From Malacoraja senta (Eukaryota): a stretch of DNA of 64,000 nt. The position numbers were made by a program, and so were the translations under genes. Within the stretch, counting starts at the first letter, position 1. The number at the start of each line of letters is the position of its first letter. Positions 54,501 through 60,500 of the stretch are shown in pieces. Below the pieces are notes generated by a model. The model saw nothing but the letters and a program-made list of their open reading frames with translations, did no database searches and had not been told where the DNA came from. The stretch covers positions 186,001 through 250,000 of the forward strand of contig JAXLNO010002632.1 in the NCBI GenBank assembly GCA_038087875.1, given 5' to 3'.

Positions 54501-57500
54501 GTTTTTCATTTCACTATGTCTGAGTAACATACAGTGCATTAGCAAGGACTAAAAGAACTTGCTACTTTTTTTTCAATAATGCCATGTGATCTTTTATGTT
54601 CAACAAAGGGAGCATGTGAGCTATATTACAACCCCCGATTCAGAAGACAGTATCTCTGACAATGAAGCACACTTGTAATCGAGACCAACAGTTCTGTAAA
54701 GAAAACACTTTAATTTCAGAATAGGACTTGTATCCACTAATAATTAGAGGCATAATTGCCATCATTAAACATGTACGCCTATCACATCCGCTAGGATGAT
54801 CACATGAAGCGACACATGTTCTGCAGCTTTTCTTCAGTAGGTTGGATTATGACACTGGCTAATAGGTGGTTGTATGGGAAGCCATTGGCTTGCTGCAGTG
54901 TTAGCGGCAACAGAGCTCATGCATTATATGGTGCAAGTAAACAAAATGCCAAGAGTCAGATGCCAGTACATATGCTACATTTCTGGACTTGGCACTGAGA
55001 GCAGGTTACATCAATGGACATCCTGCAGGATGCATGGATCAGGCACAATATCCTGCTTCATAACACTGAGTCTAAACATTGTTCAATTGAGTATAGAAAG
55101 TTGGGCGACGTATCTCATAGCTTCAGAAGTCTGGATACAATCCAGATCTCTGCAGCTGTCTGTGTGGAGTTTGCATGTGCTGCTTGTCCTAAATTCTCCA
55201 GATTTCTCTCATATTTCAGATATGTTGGTTGAGTAGATTACCCTAAGTACCTAACTGAGTGGTAGCATCTGAGGGAAGTTTAATAAAATATGGGGAGGAT
55301 GGGTCACAGGCAAATTATTGAGGGAATGGGATTGCTGTGATCCGGCATGGATTTAACAGGCTAAACTGTTGAACTGCCTGTCCAATTACCCTGACGTAGC
55401 CAGGCCTATTCACTGGTTTGCCCTCAACTAAGAAATGACGGAACTTCAAATAGGATATAATCCTCAAATTGCTCTTAAATTAGGCAACATTACTTGGAGA
55501 TACTGCCAACTCTCGAAAGCTTTATCATTATGATTTTGACAATGTGAAATGAACCAAAGCAAAATTTTGAACGGAAAAGTAAACTCAACAGAGAAAAAAA
55601 TAATAATGTGACTGTTTATGGAATTACTCACCTTCCGGGCAGTATGAGTGAGGTGGGCAGAGTTTGAGCTCTACTGTTGCAACATCGTTGCAGTAAAAGC
55701 CTGCCCGACATGGAATGCACACATGGGAATGTGAATTTGGCTGATATTTTCCCACGGGGCATGGGATGGGAGTTCCTGAACCTTTGGGACAAAAGTGTCC
55801 CTGGAAAATAGAAGACAAAAATCATACTTCACCGTGCACCAAATACTGAATGTATTTAGAGATTTCAATAGGTGATCAAACAATCCTGTCTTATAGAACC
55901 AAATGTTTTTGCCTGGTAATCTAGACACCAATGCACGACTTGAATGTGCTTTATATTCTTACACAGGAGGAAACATCCTTTCTACAACCAATCTGTCAAG
56001 ACCGCTCAGGATTTTAAGTGTTTCAGTCAATTCAATTCTCACTCTTCTGAACTCTTCTGTGGTTCAAGCTTAGCCTATCCAGTCTTTTCTCATGAGCAAC
56101 TCAACCATTCCGGGTATTGGTCAACGTGTTCTTACCCTTCCTTAAATACAGCAAGCAAAACTACAACATTACTCCAGATATAGTCTCTCCAAAGCATCTA
56201 TCACTGAATCACAACATTATATTGGTATTCAATTCCCCAAAGGATGAATGATAACACTGAGAGCTTTTTAATTACTTGCTGAACCTGCTAATGAGACTTT
56301 TGCAAACAATGCACAAGCACACTCATATTCATCTGCATCTCAGAGCTGTGCACTTCTTCATTTAGATAACATTTCTTTTTTATTTTCTTACCAAAAGTAA
56401 AAATACACATTTTCACATATTACATTTGCCCATTCACTTAATATTTCCACATGCCTTTCTAGCCTCTTTTATGTCAACTTTCTTTCCTACCTACCTGTCA
56501 TCAGAAAAGCTAACAACCATAATGTCAGTCAAGAGTGCACAACCTAAAAATCATGCACTTTAGCTCACTTCAATAATTTAAAAAAGCTATAATATTTGAA
56601 AAAAAGTTACACATAGCTACTAATAGTTATAAAGAAAACTTCAATATGTTTTGTAATTTTTGGATTTTTAAAATAAATGACACGAACTGTGTACTACAAA
56701 CAATCACGGCATAATATTTTACTTTGCACTTACCCCACCATTACAGGTGAGGGAAACTTGCTCACATATTCAGTTTTAGTTATGACTCATATATCAACAT
56801 GGTCAATAATAGTTAAAATAATAGCTTTCATTATCTAACTACTCCATTTAGAAGTTTACATTGAAAGTGAACTGTAGGCAAAGTTTGTTTGAATATACTC
56901 AGGAATTCTACTTTCATCAGGGACTGTCTAGTTATCCTTTCTCTGTTCTGTTTGGATAGTTAACCCACAGAATAACATGGTTGTGGTGGTGGTGGCCGGT
57001 TGTGAAGGAACAGCACTCTTTACTTTCAAGTATCAATGCATACCTGAGGGCAGAAGAAAGCATCTGGAGTAACTGAACTGTGATTGCCAGGACAGTAGAA
57101 CCCGGGATAACATGGCCCAGAGGGATGGCTCAAACCGTCCCTTGCACAGTAATAGCCAGAGTCGCATGCTATGCAGGATTCCAGTGAAGCTCCTCCTATT
57201 AGCAAAACATAATCTAGTTAAGTTGAGTAGCTCCAGCCCAATGGAATCAGAATAGACCAGCTACCCATTTTTGTACCATCTTTCCTCACACAAAAGTAAT
57301 TGAAGAAATACACATATACATTTATTTGTATAGGTTCAACAACATACAGTTTTTACCTTCACAGGATACAAGCCTTCTACTCAATTAGTGCACAATGCAT
57401 TAATCATGTTTACTTTATACAGTCAATTAACTGGTTTTGTACCACTGGCTTGATGTTAAAATGGTAGATGGAGGAAGATGTTATGTGTGATTTATGTGGT

Positions 57501-60500
57501 CAAGTATCAGGATGAACATAAATGAAAATGAAAACATTTGTCCATAAGGGTCCATACCTGTTTCCGAGTTGTAGGTTCCAGGTGGGCATGGTACAGGTAG
57601 TGTAGAGTTGCTGGGGCAGTAGGCACCTGTACTACATTCTCCACCATTCCCTGTGTGATTGAAGTGCATGGAAGGGCGAGAAGAATTGACTCCAGATTCA
57701 CAATAAAATCCATGATCGCAGGGACCTTCAACGTGTGTCAGGCCTAAGCTACTGCAATAGAAACCACCTAAGAACGATAGATTGAGAAATTTATTCTGAG
57801 ATGTTCTTGCATACCACATTAGAAACAGCAAAAACAACGCTTACTTCTTAATGTGTCATTTTTTCCCCTTGAAGTTTGTACACAACTCACAACTGCAGTC
57901 GACTACTTGGAATCTTTCACCGGCCATACTGAGATTAAGTTGTTTTCAGCTGGCATGGTATTTTCTTCACAATCTGAGTAGGTTAACATATGATGAACAT
58001 TTGATGGTACTGGGCCTATATTCGCTGGAGTTTAGAAGAATGATGGGGAACCTCACTAAAATGTACAGAAAATGAAAGGCTTGGATAGAGTGGGTGTAGG
58101 GAGGACGTTTACACTAGTAGGAGAGTTTAGGACTAGAGAATTGCCTCAGAATTAAAGGACGCTCTTTTATGAAGGAGATGAGGAGGAATTTCTTTAGCCA
58201 GACGGAGGTGAATCTGTGGAATTCTTTGCCACTGAAGGCTGTGGAGGCAAAGTCAGTGGATATATTTAAGGCAGAGATAGATAGATTCTTGATTAGTACA
58301 GGTGTCAGAGGTTATGGGGAAAGGCAGAAGAATGGGGTTAGGAGGAAGAGATAGATCAGTCATGATTGAATGGCGGAGTAGACTTGATGGGCGTAATGGC
58401 CTGATTCTACTATCTTATGATCTGAATTGTTCTTTAACTAAGTGCCTGCAAAGACATTTTAAAGGGCAGATGGGAGTATTGGTGTGGATTCAGAGTAACA
58501 TGTAGAGTCATAGTGTCATTCAGCATGGAAACAGACCCTTCGTCCCAACTCCTCCATGGTGACGATACTCCATCTAAGCTCGTCCCATTTGCTTGAGTTT
58601 GCCCTTTATGCCATTAAACCTTTCTTTTTAAATGCTGTTATTATATTTGCCATGTATTCCAAATAATGTAATGACAGCAGGCCACCTTCTCTAGAAACGT
58701 GAACTTAGTGACATTGCATGACAATTCTGTTGGTATTGGCTTTTTGTACCAGATTTGTTTAATTAACTGAAATTAAGTTTTCTGACAGCTGTGGTGGTTT
58801 CTGCCATCGTGCCTCCAGATCTCTGGTTTAGAATTGTGGTTAGCTACTCTGGAAATATAACCACTAAAGTACAGCATCTTGTGATTGTACTCTCAGAAAA
58901 CTATTATTCCACTTCCATGGTGCATTTCCTACATGGTGTTCACCCAAAATCAAAAGGATCATAGTTTTCACTGGGCCGTGTGAAGGAACTTTTACAAGGA
59001 CACATTAAACTCACTTATTTTCTCCTAAATCCCTCACATGCTCTATGATTATTTGGTGGTGAAGTGGGGCATTGGGTTTGTTCCCACCTAGTGTAAGTGC
59101 CAGGTGTTCAACAGTGTGTGATTTTCAATCCATCAAGGTCGACATTTCGAAAAGTTTAGGTTAAGTGTTAAGGGCCTGTCCTAATTGGCGATATTTTTGG
59201 CGACTGCCGGCATCATTGACTGACATATCAGGTCAGTGAAAAATACGCTGCGTGATGAAGTATGACGCGGCAGAGATATGCGGCGTGATGACGTATGACG
59301 TGTTTTTTCAAGTGGCGCAACATTTTTTTTGTTGCCGCTGGATTTTGAAATGTTCAAAATCTTTTGGCGACACTGATATGATGCCGGCAGTCGCCGAGAA
59401 AAATCACCGTGGGACAGGCACTTTTACTGAAACAAATTAATTATTTACAAGACATTCTTTCTATTGTGTTTTAGAGTTTTTTGCTGAAAATACTTTAAGA
59501 TTTGAACTAATTTCAGTATTTTTTTTTTAACTTTGCAAAGCACAGAAAGCAGAATTGTAGAAAGAGGCAAACACTCAATTGTAATGCAGGTATCACATTT
59601 TAAACAATTATCATTGAAGACCAAATCGTTGAATACTTTGGATTTAACAAAGAATTTGCATTGTGGATAAATACACACGGGATTATGCTTTAATAGATAT
59701 ATGTCTTTAAAGTCCACCAAGCCTCAGAAGACACATTGTCAATAATGGGCATTGCTGTTTGCCAATGCTTGGTGTGCAACCTTGTTATGCCAATGTGTTA
59801 TTGTCATAAAACCTGGGATGTTGGGCAGCATTGTGCTGCCAATAGATAAATGCAGGCAGGTGACAGATTATGAAATATTGTTCAAGAAGTGTTAAAGAAG
59901 GAACTGCAGATGCTGGAAAATCGAAGGTACACAAAAATGCTGGAGAAACTCAGCGGGTGCAGCAGCATCTATGGAGCGAAGGAAATAGGCAACGTTTCGG
60001 GCCGAAACCCTTCTTCTGAAGAAGGGTTTCGGCCCGAAACGTTACCTATGAAATATTGTTCAGTAGATGTTAGTACCAGGATGATATAGCGATTGCTGAG
60101 GGAGACCAACATCTTGAGAAAGAGTGAGTGGGGGGTTTGTGATCACGTTTGGGTATTAAAAAACTGGAGTGAAATTGAATAGGGATGTTGCAGCATAAGG
60201 AGGTTGGAGACTTATATTGAATGTTTGTTGGGTTGGGTGCAGGGGCCAGTTAAACATGTTAGTGAACCTGACAGTAACAGAACCTAAACAGAAAATGCTC
60301 AGAACCCTCCTCTGGGACAGCAACATCTGTGGGCAGAGAAACAGAGTTAAGTTTCTGGTACAAGATCTCTCATCAGACGAAGGGTCCTGCAACTGAAACA
60401 TTAACTGTTTGTTTCTCAACTGAAGCTGCCTGATGTGACTTGTGGGGTACCACAAGGCTCGGTGCTGGGACCCCAGTTATTTACAATATATATTAATAAT

